DNA from: a virus
IMG/VR virus record: IMGVR_UViG_3300045988_060257
Length of the DNA: 40,786 nt
Strand: one strand, 5' to 3'
In this document: piece by piece, positions 1 to 9,191 of the stretch
Position numbering within the stretch: the stretch's first letter is position 1
How the letters are laid out: every line of letters begins with the position of its first letter
Program-made: the position numbers and the translations under genes
Notes under the pieces: model-generated
The model's database searches: none
The model's input: the letters and a program-made list of their open reading frames with translations, nothing else
What the model was told of the DNA's origin: nothing

Positions 1-56
1 CACTCAGGGCGCGGCATCTGCTACAGGCACTCAGGGCGCGGCATCTGCTACAGGCA
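1..56 (+). repeat. continuation of the 27-bp coding tandem repeat (GGCGCGGCATCTGCTACAGGCNNNNNN) that also ends the window
   Basis: nt 1-34 are identical to nt 40753-40786. Units encode GAASATGTQ. Confidence 0.9.
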
Positions 57-262
57 CGGAAAGCGTTGCTGCTGCGCTCGGCATTAATAGTAAAGCTAAA
101 GGCGCTTTAGGATGCTGGATTGTGATTGCAGAATGGGAAAGCGACGAGAAATTTAACTGGCATCGTAAAGATGTGCAGTGCTTTAAAGTTGACGGTGAAA
201 ACATCAAGTCCGATACCTGGTACAAGCTGAAAAACGGCGAGCTTGTGGAGGTGTCCGAATGA
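2..262 (+). CDS. 3' part of a wrap-around CDS: DUF7666-like repeat protein (5' part at 40358..40786)
   Basis: The frame is open from nt 2 with no start. It encodes ...GAASATGTESVAAALGINSKAKGALGCWIVIAEWESDEKFNWHRKDVQCFKVDGENIKSDTWYKLKNGELVEVSE. TGA 260-262 overlaps the next ATG. Confidence 0.8.
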   Translation, partial: TQGAASATGTQGAASATGTESVAAALGINSKAKGALGCWIVIAEWESDEKFNWHRKDVQCFKVDGENIKSDTWYKLKNGELVEVSE

Positions 263-456
263 CCAGCTTTTGGGGCCATCAAGATAACCCCTTTCCGCCC
301 GCAGATGATAACTGCCCCATCTGCCCAATCTGCGGCTATGAATGTGAAACCCTGTACCGTCAGGGCAACGAGATTCTCGGCTGCGAGAACTGCATTATAG
401 AAGTCAATGCCTGGGAATGGAAGAACGAACAGGAGGAACCCAATGAATTTATTTGA
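259..456 (+). CDS. small zinc-ribbon protein
   Basis: 65-aa ORF with CPICPICG...CENC cysteine pairs. ATGA overlap with the upstream stop. Confidence 0.6.
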   Translation: MTSFWGHQDNPFPPADDNCPICPICGYECETLYRQGNEILGCENCIIEVNAWEWKNEQEEPNEFI

Positions 457-760
457 ACAACTTTCCGCTGCTGCGGCAGCCGCAAAGGCCCTTAAACAGC
501 CCGATGCACGGTTTTTTGCATGCAACAACAACGGCATCGTTTCCGCTTACTACCCCAACGACCTGTACGCCATCGCATCCTTTACCGGCAGCCGCGTTTA
601 TGGCACGTCGAAGAAACGTTACGTATCCCTTAACACCCCTTATGCAGGGCTGAGAATCGAGGTCCCCATCGTCCGCCCTGTTCCGTTGGAGCACACCTGC
701 CCGCCGGAGTGCTACCGCATCCACTTGACCACACCAGACCCGGAAGGAGAGGAAGTTTGA
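443..760 (+). CDS. hypothetical early protein
   Basis: ATG 443 lies 6 nt after AGGAGG (431-436), in the frame of track ORF 407..760. Confidence 0.6.
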   Translation: MNLFEQLSAAAAAAKALKQPDARFFACNNNGIVSAYYPNDLYAIASFTGSRVYGTSKKRYVSLNTPYAGLRIEVPIVRPVPLEHTCPPECYRIHLTTPDPEGEEV

Positions 761-761
761 T

Positions 762-1412
762 ATGAGCATTTTTGAATCGCTCTCACAGATACAAGTTGAA
801 CTCAAAGTTCCCAAAGGAAGAAAGAACACCTTTGGAAATTACTCATACCGCAATGCGGAGGATATTTTGGAATCCGCAAAGCCTATATGCAATAAACACG
901 GGTGTTTGCTTACGGTTTTCGATGAAATTGTTCAGATTAGCGACAGATTCTACGTTAAAGCAACGGCACGGCTTCAAGATTTTGCAGGAGAATCGGTATT
1001 CACAACTGCCTTCGCGCGGGAATCTGAAACCAAAAAAGGAATGGACGAAAGTCAAATCACCGGCACAGCATCGAGTTATGCCAGAAAATATGCTCTCAAT
1101 GGTCTTTTTTGCATAGATGATGCAAAGGATGCAGACACCTACCAGAAGGAACAAGAAGCGTCCAAAAAGAAGATTGAACGCCAAGAAAAAGAAAAAACTG
1201 TCGAGATTCAGCGTGCAATCAGCTGCGCCAAAAACGGTTGCGTAAATGCTGTACGAAATTACTGCGTCTTAACCAGAAAGCAAGAACGTGATGTGTGGAT
1301 TGAACTGCAAAAGTATTGCGGCGATAAGAGTTCAAAGGATTTTTCGATTGTTGATTGGAATAGCAGTATGAACCTTGTAAATGGATGGATAAAAGAGGCT
1401 CAGGAAAAATGA
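762..1412 (+). CDS. erf: ERF-family single-strand annealing protein
   Basis: The N-terminal half (LKVPKGRKNTFGNYSYRNAEDILESAKP...TGTASSYARKYALNGLF) matches the ERF motif pattern. RBS GGAGAGGAAG is upstream. Confidence 0.75.
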   Translation: MSIFESLSQIQVELKVPKGRKNTFGNYSYRNAEDILESAKPICNKHGCLLTVFDEIVQISDRFYVKATARLQDFAGESVFTTAFARESETKKGMDESQITGTASSYARKYALNGLFCIDDAKDADTYQKEQEASKKKIERQEKEKTVEIQRAISCAKNGCVNAVRNYCVLTRKQERDVWIELQKYCGDKSSKDFSIVDWNSSMNLVNGWIKEAQEK

Positions 1413-1960
1413 AGCAACAAATCTCCATCAAACAGGCCGTTGTTATCGGCAACACAATCACGCTGGAATGTTCCACCGCTGACTGTGATAAAGTCCGCGC
1501 TGTCATCGACGAAAACAAGCCCCTTGCCGCCGTCATCGGCACGGCCACGCAAAAGCGCAGCCTGTCTGCCAACGCTTATGCTTGGACGCTCATGAATCAG
1601 CTTGCCGCCAAAATCAACCGCCCTGTACTGGACATCTACCGCGATTTGATACGCGACATTGGCGGCAGCTCTGCTATTATCACCATTTCAGCCCCCGCCG
1701 CTAAGGCGTTTAAGGTCAGTTGGGAAGCAAAAGGCGATGGCTGGCAGGTGCATAAGTTGGACGAAATGGCAACCCCGCAGGGCGCGTTCTACACCCTGCA
1801 ATGCTGGTACGGTTCCAGCGTGTTTGATACATCCCAGATGCACCGCCTGATTGAGCTGATTGTGCAGGAATGCCAACAGCAGGGCATTCCCACCATGACC
1901 CCGGAAGAAATCGCAAAACTGAAAGGACTGACAGACGATGCGCCGACCGACACGCAATGA
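1409..1960 (+). CDS. NinB/Orf-like recombination mediator (tentative)
   Basis: ATGA overlap with the erf stop. KRSLSANAYAWTLMNQLA resembles the NinB RSLxQNxxxWA motif. Confidence 0.45.
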   Translation: MKQQISIKQAVVIGNTITLECSTADCDKVRAVIDENKPLAAVIGTATQKRSLSANAYAWTLMNQLAAKINRPVLDIYRDLIRDIGGSSAIITISAPAAKAFKVSWEAKGDGWQVHKLDEMATPQGAFYTLQCWYGSSVFDTSQMHRLIELIVQECQQQGIPTMTPEEIAKLKGLTDDAPTDTQ

Positions 1961-2309
1961 ATACGGCGTTCAGCTTGACCGAAACGGTTATGCGCCATCT
2001 ATTATGCCAATTGATGGGTTTAAATGTTACAAATGCCAGCAATGGAAACCGACCGAGCGTCATGAAATCTTTTTTGGCAGCGGAAGCAAATACAATGGCC
2101 GCCGCGATAAAAGCAAGCAATACGGGCTTTGGGTTCCTCTGTGTGCAGATTGCCATAGAAACGCGCCTGACGCTGTACATAACTGTGCCGCTACGCGGCT
2201 GTGGCTTGAACAAGATGGCCAACGCCATGCAATGGCCTACTATCACTGGACGGTGGCAGATTTTCGCAGCCGCTTTTACAAAAACTATCTCGATATTACG
2301 GAGGACTAA
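1938..2309 (+). CDS. NinG/DUF1364-like zinc-binding (HNH-like) protein (tentative)
   Basis: CYKC...HEIFFGSG...RDKSKQYGLWVPLCADCH motif. RBS GAAAGGA is upstream. Confidence 0.45.
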   Translation: MRRPTRNEYGVQLDRNGYAPSIMPIDGFKCYKCQQWKPTERHEIFFGSGSKYNGRRDKSKQYGLWVPLCADCHRNAPDAVHNCAATRLWLEQDGQRHAMAYYHWTVADFRSRFYKNYLDITED

Positions 2310-2312
2310 TCT

Positions 2313-2963
2313 ATGAAAGACCCATCTTGGGAAGAGGCTGAGCTTACAAACCTAAAGAAGTATTATAGCTCGTACACAAATGAAGAACTTGTCAAGATAT
2401 TCCCGAACCGCACTCTCCTTGGCATTTGCAAAAAAGCCAGAAAAATAGGTTTAAAACGTTCTGCACATTCCATTAGCGCCAATCGTTCTGCTGGTCAACG
2501 TAAAAGGAATTTTAACCACGCCCCGAGATATACAGCAAAAGGCTACAAGATTATTTATGCCCCGGATTTTCACCGCGCTGACAAAAATGGGATGGTACTC
2601 GAACACATTTATATCTTTGAAAAGGAAACCGGGGTTGAAATTCCAAAAGGCTATTGCATCCATCACATTAATGGCAAAAAGGACGATAACCGAATCGAGA
2701 ATTTGTGTATGCTGTCTACGTCTGCGCACACAATTCTTTACAACTCCGGTAAAAAATTCTCTGACGAAAGAAAAAGTAAGATTTCAAAGGCTGCTAAAGA
2801 GCGTTTGAAAACAAGGTTAAATCACCCGCGTTACAAAAGCGTTGATTTATCAGAGATTGACAATCTTATAAAATCTGGAGTTACCGTAACTGAGGCCTGC
2901 AAAATGGCCGGCATCGATAAAACCACATATTATCACAAAAAGAAGGTAGAAAGTTATGCTTAA
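2313..2963 (+). CDS. free-standing HNH homing endonuclease with C-terminal HTH
   Basis: HHINGKKDDNRIENLCMLSTSAH (HNH_3-type motif). Visibly AT-rich compared with flanking genes. Confidence 0.8.
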   Translation: MKDPSWEEAELTNLKKYYSSYTNEELVKIFPNRTLLGICKKARKIGLKRSAHSISANRSAGQRKRNFNHAPRYTAKGYKIIYAPDFHRADKNGMVLEHIYIFEKETGVEIPKGYCIHHINGKKDDNRIENLCMLSTSAHTILYNSGKKFSDERKSKISKAAKERLKTRLNHPRYKSVDLSEIDNLIKSGVTVTEACKMAGIDKTTYYHKKKVESYA

Positions 2964-3399
2964 TGTTGTTGCTATTATCGGAAGACTCGCTGCATCGCCG
3001 GAACTCAAAACCACGAACAGCGGTAAATCCGTCTGTTCTTTCCGCATCGCCAACGATTCCGGCTATAAGGATGCCAGCGGCCAGAGCCAGACAAACTGGC
3101 TGGACGTTACTGCCTGGGGCAAAACCGCAGAGTTTGTCTGCAAATACTTCCCCAAAGGTGCGCTGATCGCCATTGATGGCCGCTTACAGACCCGCCAGTA
3201 TCAGGACAAGAACGGCCAGAACCGCACAGCGACCGAAATCGTGGCCCAGAACGCGAATTTCTGCGGCAGTAAGGAAAGTACTAGCCCCACCCCGCAGAAC
3301 GCTGCACAGCGCCCCGCAGCCCACTCACAGCGCACGCAGGGCGAACCCGCTGCAGACTACGCCCCGATTGACGATGACGAGGGCGACCTCCCCTTTTAA
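2956..3399 (+). CDS. ssb: single-stranded DNA-binding protein
   Basis: OB-fold N-terminus NVVAIIGRLAASPELKTT...WLDVTAWGKTAEF and the acidic tail DDDEGDLPF. Confidence 0.9.
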   Translation: MLNVVAIIGRLAASPELKTTNSGKSVCSFRIANDSGYKDASGQSQTNWLDVTAWGKTAEFVCKYFPKGALIAIDGRLQTRQYQDKNGQNRTATEIVAQNANFCGSKESTSPTPQNAAQRPAAHSQRTQGEPAADYAPIDDDEGDLPF

Positions 3400-3427
3400 T
3401 TTTTGAAAGAAAGGCAGGTGATGCACC

Positions 3428-3637
3428 GTGACACAATGTGATAGAATCCTTCGCCACTTAAAGAGCGGCGGCAGCTTGACCGCTGCACAGGCCATGCAGG
3501 AGTACGGAATCTACCGCCTTGCTTCCCGCATCAATGATCTGAAAAAGCGCGGCGTACCCATCCAAAAGCGAACGGCAAGCAGCAAGAACCGCTACGGCGA
3601 AAAAGTCAGCTATGCCGAGTATTACATGGAGTGTTGA
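3428..3637 (+). CDS. winged-helix/HTH DNA-binding protein
   Basis: GTG start 7 nt after AGGTGA. CDRILRHLKSGGSLTAAQAMQEYGIYRLASRINDLKKRG is typical of the HTH_39-like family. Confidence 0.6.
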   Translation: MTQCDRILRHLKSGGSLTAAQAMQEYGIYRLASRINDLKKRGVPIQKRTASSKNRYGEKVSYAEYYMEC

Positions 3638-3640
3638 AAA

Positions 3641-4426
3641 ATGGCAAATGAGGGCTTCATCAAGCTGTACAGAAAAATGCTCGAATGGGGCTGGTATGAT
3701 GACGGCCCCACAAAGGACGTGTTTATTCACCTGCTGCTGATTGCCAGCTATGAGGATAAATTTTATCGTGGTATCCCGCTGGAACGCGGCCAAGTTGTTA
3801 CAACAGTCAAGGAAATGAGCGTAAAGCTTGGCCTGACAACGCAACAAATTCGTACTGCTTTAGGCAAGCTAATTTCAACAAACGAAGTAACAAAGAACGC
3901 AACGTCAAAATTCACCGTTTACACGATAAATAATTATGCCGATTATCAGGCAATCAACAAAGACTCTAACAATCCAGCAACAAACGAGCAACAAACGAGC
4001 AACAAACCCTCTAATACTAAGAAGGTAAGAAATAAAGAAATACCCCCTATACCCCCCACGGGGGTTGACGCGGATTCCCCTTCCTTTGACCGTTTCTGGG
4101 CAGCTTACCCAAAGAAGGTCGGCAAGGCAGATGCCCGTAAAAAATTTGAAAAGCTTGTGCCGGATGAATCCACCCTGTCCGCAATCTTGTCCAGCCTTGA
4201 GTACCTCAAGACCACTGACCAGTGGCAGCGTGAGAATGGCAAGTACATCCCAAACCCGTCTACATGGTTGAATCAAAAGCGCTGGCAGGATGAAGCATCC
4301 CAGCCGCCTACTACTGTCCGCTCTACTGATAACCTGCGGCCTGTGTTTGACCGTGAGTACACGTTTGAAGAACGGATGAATGGAGTTGTCCCGAAAATCG
4401 TGGGATGGGAGGAGGCAAAAGCATGA
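3641..4426 (+). CDS. replisome organizer / DnaD-like replication initiator
   Basis: The N-terminus GFIKLYRKMLEWGWY...HLLLIASY and the FDRFWAAYPKKVGK motif are typical of phage replication proteins. It sits directly upstream of the helicase. Confidence 0.65.
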   Translation: MANEGFIKLYRKMLEWGWYDDGPTKDVFIHLLLIASYEDKFYRGIPLERGQVVTTVKEMSVKLGLTTQQIRTALGKLISTNEVTKNATSKFTVYTINNYADYQAINKDSNNPATNEQQTSNKPSNTKKVRNKEIPPIPPTGVDADSPSFDRFWAAYPKKVGKADARKKFEKLVPDESTLSAILSSLEYLKTTDQWQRENGKYIPNPSTWLNQKRWQDEASQPPTTVRSTDNLRPVFDREYTFEERMNGVVPKIVGWEEAKA

Positions 4427-5682
4427 ATACCATCGTAGCGGAAAAAGCTGTTATCGGCATTATGCTTATGAAACCGGAATTGCAGGACGATGCTTTTTCT
4501 TCCCTGACCTACAAAATGTTTGAGCTGAAAGCGCTCGGGAATATCTTTCTGCTTTGCAAGGATATGGCCGATAAAGGCCATAGGGCTGATACGGTATCGG
4601 TTATTTCCAAATGCGATGACGACACAAAAGTGCTCGCCATGCAGTGCTTTGAAACGGTTCCATCAATATCAGGCTACAACACCTATATCAACTGCGTTAT
4701 GGACGGATGGAGAAAGCGTGAGCTGACAGCGGCATTAACAAAGTTGCTGACCGATGATGGTGATGCCGATGAAATGAGCGCTGCGCTGTTCCACATTGCG
4801 GAACGCCAGCAGTACATCATGGCCCACCAGAAGGAGCGCAGCGCAAAAGATTTTGCCGATGGCATTGATGCGTTCCTTTCCTGGATGAAAAAACCAAGCG
4901 ACAGTATCCAGACCGGGTTTGGCAGCCTGGACACCATGACCGGCGGGCTTGCCCGCAATGGCGTTACCGTAATTGCTGCCCGCCCTGGCAAGGGCAAATC
5001 CACGCTGGCTTTGCAGATGGCCTGCCAGATCTCACAAAACGCGCTGACGCTGTATCAATCCATGGAGATGAGCCGCGAACAGCTTTATACCGCCATCTTC
5101 TCACGCTGGGCACAGATAGACAGCACCCGTATCACAAACCATCGCCTGACGCCGGAGGAAGAATCCGCCATCCGGGAGGCAGCAGATCACCTGAAAAGCA
5201 AGTACCGCCTGATTCTGGATGATTCCAGCATGACCAGCCTTGCCGATGTAGAAACCACGATCAAAGAACGTAAGCCGGAAGTAGTCGTTATTGACCATCT
5301 GGGCCTTGTTGCACCGCCAAACGCTAAAGAAAAGCGTAACGACGAGCTGGCAGCCCTCACACGGGGTTTAAAGCAGCTTGCCATGAAATATCACATCTGC
5401 ATTATCGAGCTCGTACAGGCCGCAAGAGCCGCCGATACGGGCATGATTAAAATGTCGGACATGTTCGGCTCCGCGACTATCGAGCATGATGCAGATATGA
5501 TAATCGCTATCAACCCCGGCATGTACACTAAAAACCGGGAAACGCAAGAAATCAACCCGCCCACCGATGGGGACACCGTGATAGAGGTAGTAAAAAACCG
5601 GCACGGTGCCTGCGGCCAACTGGATTTTGTGTGGGTAAAACCATTTCATCTATTTTGTGAGGTAGAAAAACATGCACGATAA
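4423..5682 (+). CDS. dnaB: replicative DNA helicase DnaB
   Basis: ATGA overlap with the upstream stop. It has a DnaB N-terminal domain and Walker A ARPGKGKST. Confidence 0.85.
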   Translation: MNTIVAEKAVIGIMLMKPELQDDAFSSLTYKMFELKALGNIFLLCKDMADKGHRADTVSVISKCDDDTKVLAMQCFETVPSISGYNTYINCVMDGWRKRELTAALTKLLTDDGDADEMSAALFHIAERQQYIMAHQKERSAKDFADGIDAFLSWMKKPSDSIQTGFGSLDTMTGGLARNGVTVIAARPGKGKSTLALQMACQISQNALTLYQSMEMSREQLYTAIFSRWAQIDSTRITNHRLTPEEESAIREAADHLKSKYRLILDDSSMTSLADVETTIKERKPEVVVIDHLGLVAPPNAKEKRNDELAALTRGLKQLAMKYHICIIELVQAARAADTGMIKMSDMFGSATIEHDADMIIAINPGMYTKNRETQEINPPTDGDTVIEVVKNRHGACGQLDFVWVKPFHLFCEVEKHAR

Positions 5683-5851
5683 ATTTACCGATAAAGAGTT
5701 TTGCGAAAGATTCAGCACAGTAGCTTACAATAAAGCACTTGATTTTTTGAATGAAGCACAGGAACTTATCGGTTCTGCCGCTCAATTGTTCATCATATAC
5801 CAGATTTACGCCGAAATGGCAGAGAGAATGAAAGAGCATGACCCGTTTTGA
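5672..5851 (+). CDS. hypothetical small protein (59 aa, below the ORF-track cutoff)
   Basis: ATG 5672 overlaps the dnaB end. Open to TGA 5849-5851, which overlaps the next ATG. Confidence 0.45.
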   Translation: MHDKFTDKEFCERFSTVAYNKALDFLNEAQELIGSAAQLFIIYQIYAEMAERMKEHDPF

Positions 5852-6026
5852 GATTATCGTATACTCCCGCTCTACCGGCGATGTCCGACATTCCTCTGGC
5901 AACTACCATACGCAGACGGAAGCCGAAAAGGAGCTGCAAAAGGCAGGTTTTACCCAAAATCCCCGCCTGCCGGACATATGGTACAGCGAGAAGTACTACG
6001 CGAAAGTAAAGGAGATTGTACCGTGA
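5838..6026 (+). CDS. hypothetical protein
   Basis: 62-aa ORF chained by start/stop overlaps on both sides. Confidence 0.5.
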   Translation: MTRFEIIVYSRSTGDVRHSSGNYHTQTEAEKELQKAGFTQNPRLPDIWYSEKYYAKVKEIVP

Positions 6027-6421
6027 TACAAAAATACATAATCTCCCTGCCCCCTATCACCAAAAAGAACTCCCAGCAGATACTTACCAACCACCGCACC
6101 GGCAAGCCGTTCATCGCCCCCAGCAAGCAGTACAAGAAGTACGAACAGGCCGCGATGTGGTATCTCACCCCAAAGCCGAAAGCCCCGCTGGCGGGACGCT
6201 ATCGCGTTGCTGCGGTGTTCTACATGCCAACCCGCCGCCGCGTAGATCTGACGAACTTGCTCGAAGCCTGCCATGACACGCTTGTATCCGCCAAAATCCT
6301 TGCAGACGACAATAACACCATCATTGCCAGCGTGGACGGCTCCCGCGTACTGTACGACAAAGCCAATCCACGCACAGAAATTTTTATCGAGGAGATGTCG
6401 GACGATGACCAGCCCCTGTAA
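6023..6421 (+). CDS. rusA: RusA-family Holliday junction resolvase
   Basis: GTG 6023 follows AAGGAG (6008-6013). PPITKKNSQQI...DLTNLLEACHDTLVSAKILADDN is RusA-like. Confidence 0.8.
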   Translation: MIQKYIISLPPITKKNSQQILTNHRTGKPFIAPSKQYKKYEQAAMWYLTPKPKAPLAGRYRVAAVFYMPTRRRVDLTNLLEACHDTLVSAKILADDNNTIIASVDGSRVLYDKANPRTEIFIEEMSDDDQPL

Positions 6422-6611
6422 AGACTGCCCAGACCGCCATTCGCACTGCCACAGCGCTTGCAATCGCTACGGCGAGTATGCGGCCATATTTGAGAAAATC
6501 CGCGCACAGCGGCTTGCAGATGCCGCAGCGGACGCGGCAGATGCAGAGCGCGGAATCAAAATCCGCCGCGATGTCAGAAAATACGGATTATACAAAACAG
6601 GAAAGAGTTGA
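6405..6611 (+). CDS. small Cys/His-rich protein
   Basis: CKDCPDRHSHCHSACNRYGEY. An internal ATG of track ORF 6273..6611 that overlaps the rusA end. Confidence 0.5.
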   Translation: MTSPCKDCPDRHSHCHSACNRYGEYAAIFEKIRAQRLADAAADAADAERGIKIRRDVRKYGLYKTGKS

Positions 6612-6946
6612 AAGACGTGAAAGCAAGACTACACCCTACCCCGGCATTGCAGAAAGCCGTTGACGAATATGCCGAAGAAAAAATCAAGGACATTCAATCC
6701 CGCGCCTATGAAGCGGTAATGAAAGAGCGCAACGACATTGCCACGCGGGCGACATATCTATGCCTGCTGGCCTGCTATCAGGCCGGCCTGTCGCCCAGGA
6801 CCTTAGTCAGAATCCAGAATTACATGACCGGCCCGGTGGCCGACAAATACAATGAGTACCGCAACGAACAGCTTGCAGACCTTTGGGCACAGGTAACACT
6901 ACAGGGCATCGGCATTGATGCCAAAAAGACGGAGGAGCCGCTATGA
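6608..6946 (+). CDS. hypothetical protein
   Basis: TTG start overlapping the previous stop (TTGA). 112-aa ORF. Confidence 0.5.
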   Translation: MKDVKARLHPTPALQKAVDEYAEEKIKDIQSRAYEAVMKERNDIATRATYLCLLACYQAGLSPRTLVRIQNYMTGPVADKYNEYRNEQLADLWAQVTLQGIGIDAKKTEEPL

Positions 6947-7269
6947 CAGTATCTAAATTCTGCGAGAAATGCGGCAAGATGATGTGGGACGTGCAGCCCT
7001 GCAAGCGGTTTTGCGATGCTTGCATAAAAGAAAAAGCAAAGCAAAAGGCGAAGCTGAACTACGAAAAAAAGAAAGCGCAGCAGCAAGGCGTTATTTCCGC
7101 CATGCAGGCAAAGAAGCCGGATAAAAAGGCAGCACTGAAACCCCGCATCAAATCCATTGAACAATGCGTAAGAGAAGCCGCCGCGCTGGACATATCCTAC
7201 GGCCAGTATGTGCAGCGCGGGTATGACAAAATCATATGGGATGAAATTTTGAGATTGGAGGTATTGTAA
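6943..7269 (+). CDS. hypothetical zinc-ribbon protein
   Basis: CEKCGK...CKRFCDAC followed by a Lys-rich linker. Confidence 0.5.
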   Translation: MTVSKFCEKCGKMMWDVQPCKRFCDACIKEKAKQKAKLNYEKKKAQQQGVISAMQAKKPDKKAALKPRIKSIEQCVREAAALDISYGQYVQRGYDKIIWDEILRLEVL

Positions 7270-7640
7270 TGGACGCAGTTGAATTTTTCAAGACGGTAAA
7301 CAGATTATGCGAAAATCAAAGCTGCAGGGAATGTCCTGTTTGTAAAGAGGGCGTGTGCATGGTCATGAACATGGTTAGGATCGACGGCGGTTTAGTTGAA
7401 AGCATTGAGGAAACGGTTTCAAAAGTTGAGCAATGGGCAAAAGACCACCCCGTCAAGACCCGTCAGAGTGAGTTCTTGAAGTTGTTTCCTAATGCAACAA
7501 TAGATGAAGATAATGGAATTTTATGTATTAAACCTTGCACCATTGATGAAAGCATTGGATGCACAAATGGAAAAGGCTGCGACGACTGCTACCGCAAATA
7601 CTGGCTCACGGAGGTAACCGACAATGGTAACGTTTATTGA
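7269..7640 (+). CDS. hypothetical Cys-rich protein
   Basis: 123-aa ORF with several CxxC motifs, tightly packed with its neighbours. Confidence 0.5.
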   Translation: MDAVEFFKTVNRLCENQSCRECPVCKEGVCMVMNMVRIDGGLVESIEETVSKVEQWAKDHPVKTRQSEFLKLFPNATIDEDNGILCIKPCTIDESIGCTNGKGCDDCYRKYWLTEVTDNGNVY

Positions 7641-7833
7641 TGATGATGATATCGAACTAAAGCCTTGCCCGTTCTGTGGTGCCTTCCTAGAAAACGAAGC
7701 GCCCAGCACTATCTGGTGTCATCCGCAAAACAGTTGTTTGCTGAGCCTCCGTGGCATTGTTGGAGCTGACCAAATCGCTCAGTGGAATACGCGCTACGAT
7801 GCAAAGGGAAAGAAGGTGCTTGACAATGACTAA
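7624..7833 (+). CDS. Lar-family restriction-alleviation-like protein
   Basis: LKPCPFCG...QWNTR matches the Lar family hallmark. Confidence 0.55.
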   Translation: MVTFIDDDDIELKPCPFCGAFLENEAPSTIWCHPQNSCLLSLRGIVGADQIAQWNTRYDAKGKKVLDND

Positions 7834-8416
7834 CATTACAACCCTGCGCCCAGGCGAACACTTCATGTTCAAGAATTTTGAGTGGGTCTGCCTTGACCCG
7901 AACCACCCTGACGGCGGCGTGCTGGCTATTATGGCAACGCCGTGGACAAAAGATGTAAAATTCTGCCCAAGTGATAAATTCACAGATGAGAAAGGAAACT
8001 GGAATAACTACCGCACCAGTAATGTACGTGAGATTCTATCTGATATGGCGAACGCTGTTTTTGAGGAAAAGAGTCTGCTGCCACATACCGTTGACCTTGT
8101 TGCCGACAACGGAGACAGAGCTTATGGCACTGTACAGGACTTTGTTTTTATCCTCACTTGTGACGAGTACCGCAAGTACCGTGAGTTCATTCCACACTAC
8201 GATGACTGGATTTGGACTGCTACGCCGTGGTTTTGCGGTTACAAGGATTCCGACACTGGATGCGGCGCGGCTATGGTTCGCGCTGTGGATATTGGTGGTT
8301 GGTTTGGCTGCGTTGGTGCGTGTCTCAACGGCGCTGTTGCCCCGGCTTGTGTTCTCAATCCGAAATCCCTCAATCTGCGCCAGAACATGGCGTATGTAGA
8401 GGAGGTATCAGAATGA
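7826..8416 (+). CDS. DUF6273-like protein
   Basis: ATG 7826 overlaps the previous end. The FEWVCLDPNHPDGGVLAIMA...NWNNYRTSNVREIL pattern fits that family. Confidence 0.5.
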   Translation: MTNITTLRPGEHFMFKNFEWVCLDPNHPDGGVLAIMATPWTKDVKFCPSDKFTDEKGNWNNYRTSNVREILSDMANAVFEEKSLLPHTVDLVADNGDRAYGTVQDFVFILTCDEYRKYREFIPHYDDWIWTATPWFCGYKDSDTGCGAAMVRAVDIGGWFGCVGACLNGAVAPACVLNPKSLNLRQNMAYVEEVSE

Positions 8417-9006
8417 CACAACTTCAAGAAGCAATCCGCGATAAAATCACGAAATACAGCGATGCCTGTGGCATGTGTACGGACATAACAAAAGAGTGCA
8501 ATACATGCGGCATTACATGTATACTTGAAGACCTGAATGAGTTGCAGAAATTGGCAGATAACCCGGACGCGATACGGTCTACGGCGCACATTATGCGCGG
8601 AACCGTGGATCACATGAAAGAGCCAAAACTTGCTTATCGCGGGTACACTGCTACGGTAGAGTATGATGAAGACGATAAACTCTGGCATGGAACATTGGAT
8701 GGCATCAAGGATTTGGTAAATTTTCATGCGTTTGAAATCGAAAATATTGAGAAAGAGTTCCGCAATGCCGTAGATGATTACTTGGACTTCTGCAAGGAAG
8801 TAGGGAAAGAGCCAGAGCGACCGCAAATGAGTGAATGGATAAGCGTTAAAGACAGGCTGCCGGAAAAAGACGAGTATGTATTGTGTTTTTGCAATATCGG
8901 AGATGGATTTCAAGCGATATTTCACTACGGAAAAGAAAGAAAATTTAACGGGACCGCCGTCACCCATTGGATGCCGCTCCCTAAACCCCCGGAGGTGACC
9001 CCATGA
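8413..9006 (+). CDS. fusion protein: Cys-rich N-terminus + HicB-like antitoxin fold + DUF551
   Basis: YRGYTATVEYDEDDKLWHGTLDGIKDLVNFHAFEIENIEKEFRNAVDDYLDFC is HicB-like. WISVKDRLPEKDEYVL...THWMPLPKPP is DUF551-like. Confidence 0.6.
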   Translation: MTQLQEAIRDKITKYSDACGMCTDITKECNTCGITCILEDLNELQKLADNPDAIRSTAHIMRGTVDHMKEPKLAYRGYTATVEYDEDDKLWHGTLDGIKDLVNFHAFEIENIEKEFRNAVDDYLDFCKEVGKEPERPQMSEWISVKDRLPEKDEYVLCFCNIGDGFQAIFHYGKERKFNGTAVTHWMPLPKPPEVTP

Positions 9007-9191
9007 CAAAACAGCAACTAGTTGATGAATACGCCCGCAAACATCTTTGCGCGACATGCGAGTGGGAAAATGGCAATATTTGCACGCTGCCGCGCTGCAT
9101 GAAAGTGGAAGAAAGGAGAAACAATGACCCGAGAAGAATTCAACCAAAAGAAAACGTGGCTGTGGAGATACCAACGCAGCAGGAATCATGA
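9003..9191 (+). CDS. small Cys-rich protein; its 3' third overlaps the next gene
   Basis: ATGA overlap at the start. CATCEWENGNICTLPRC. The real end is uncertain. Confidence 0.4.
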   Translation: MTKQQLVDEYARKHLCATCEWENGNICTLPRCMKVEERRNNDPRRIQPKENVAVEIPTQQES

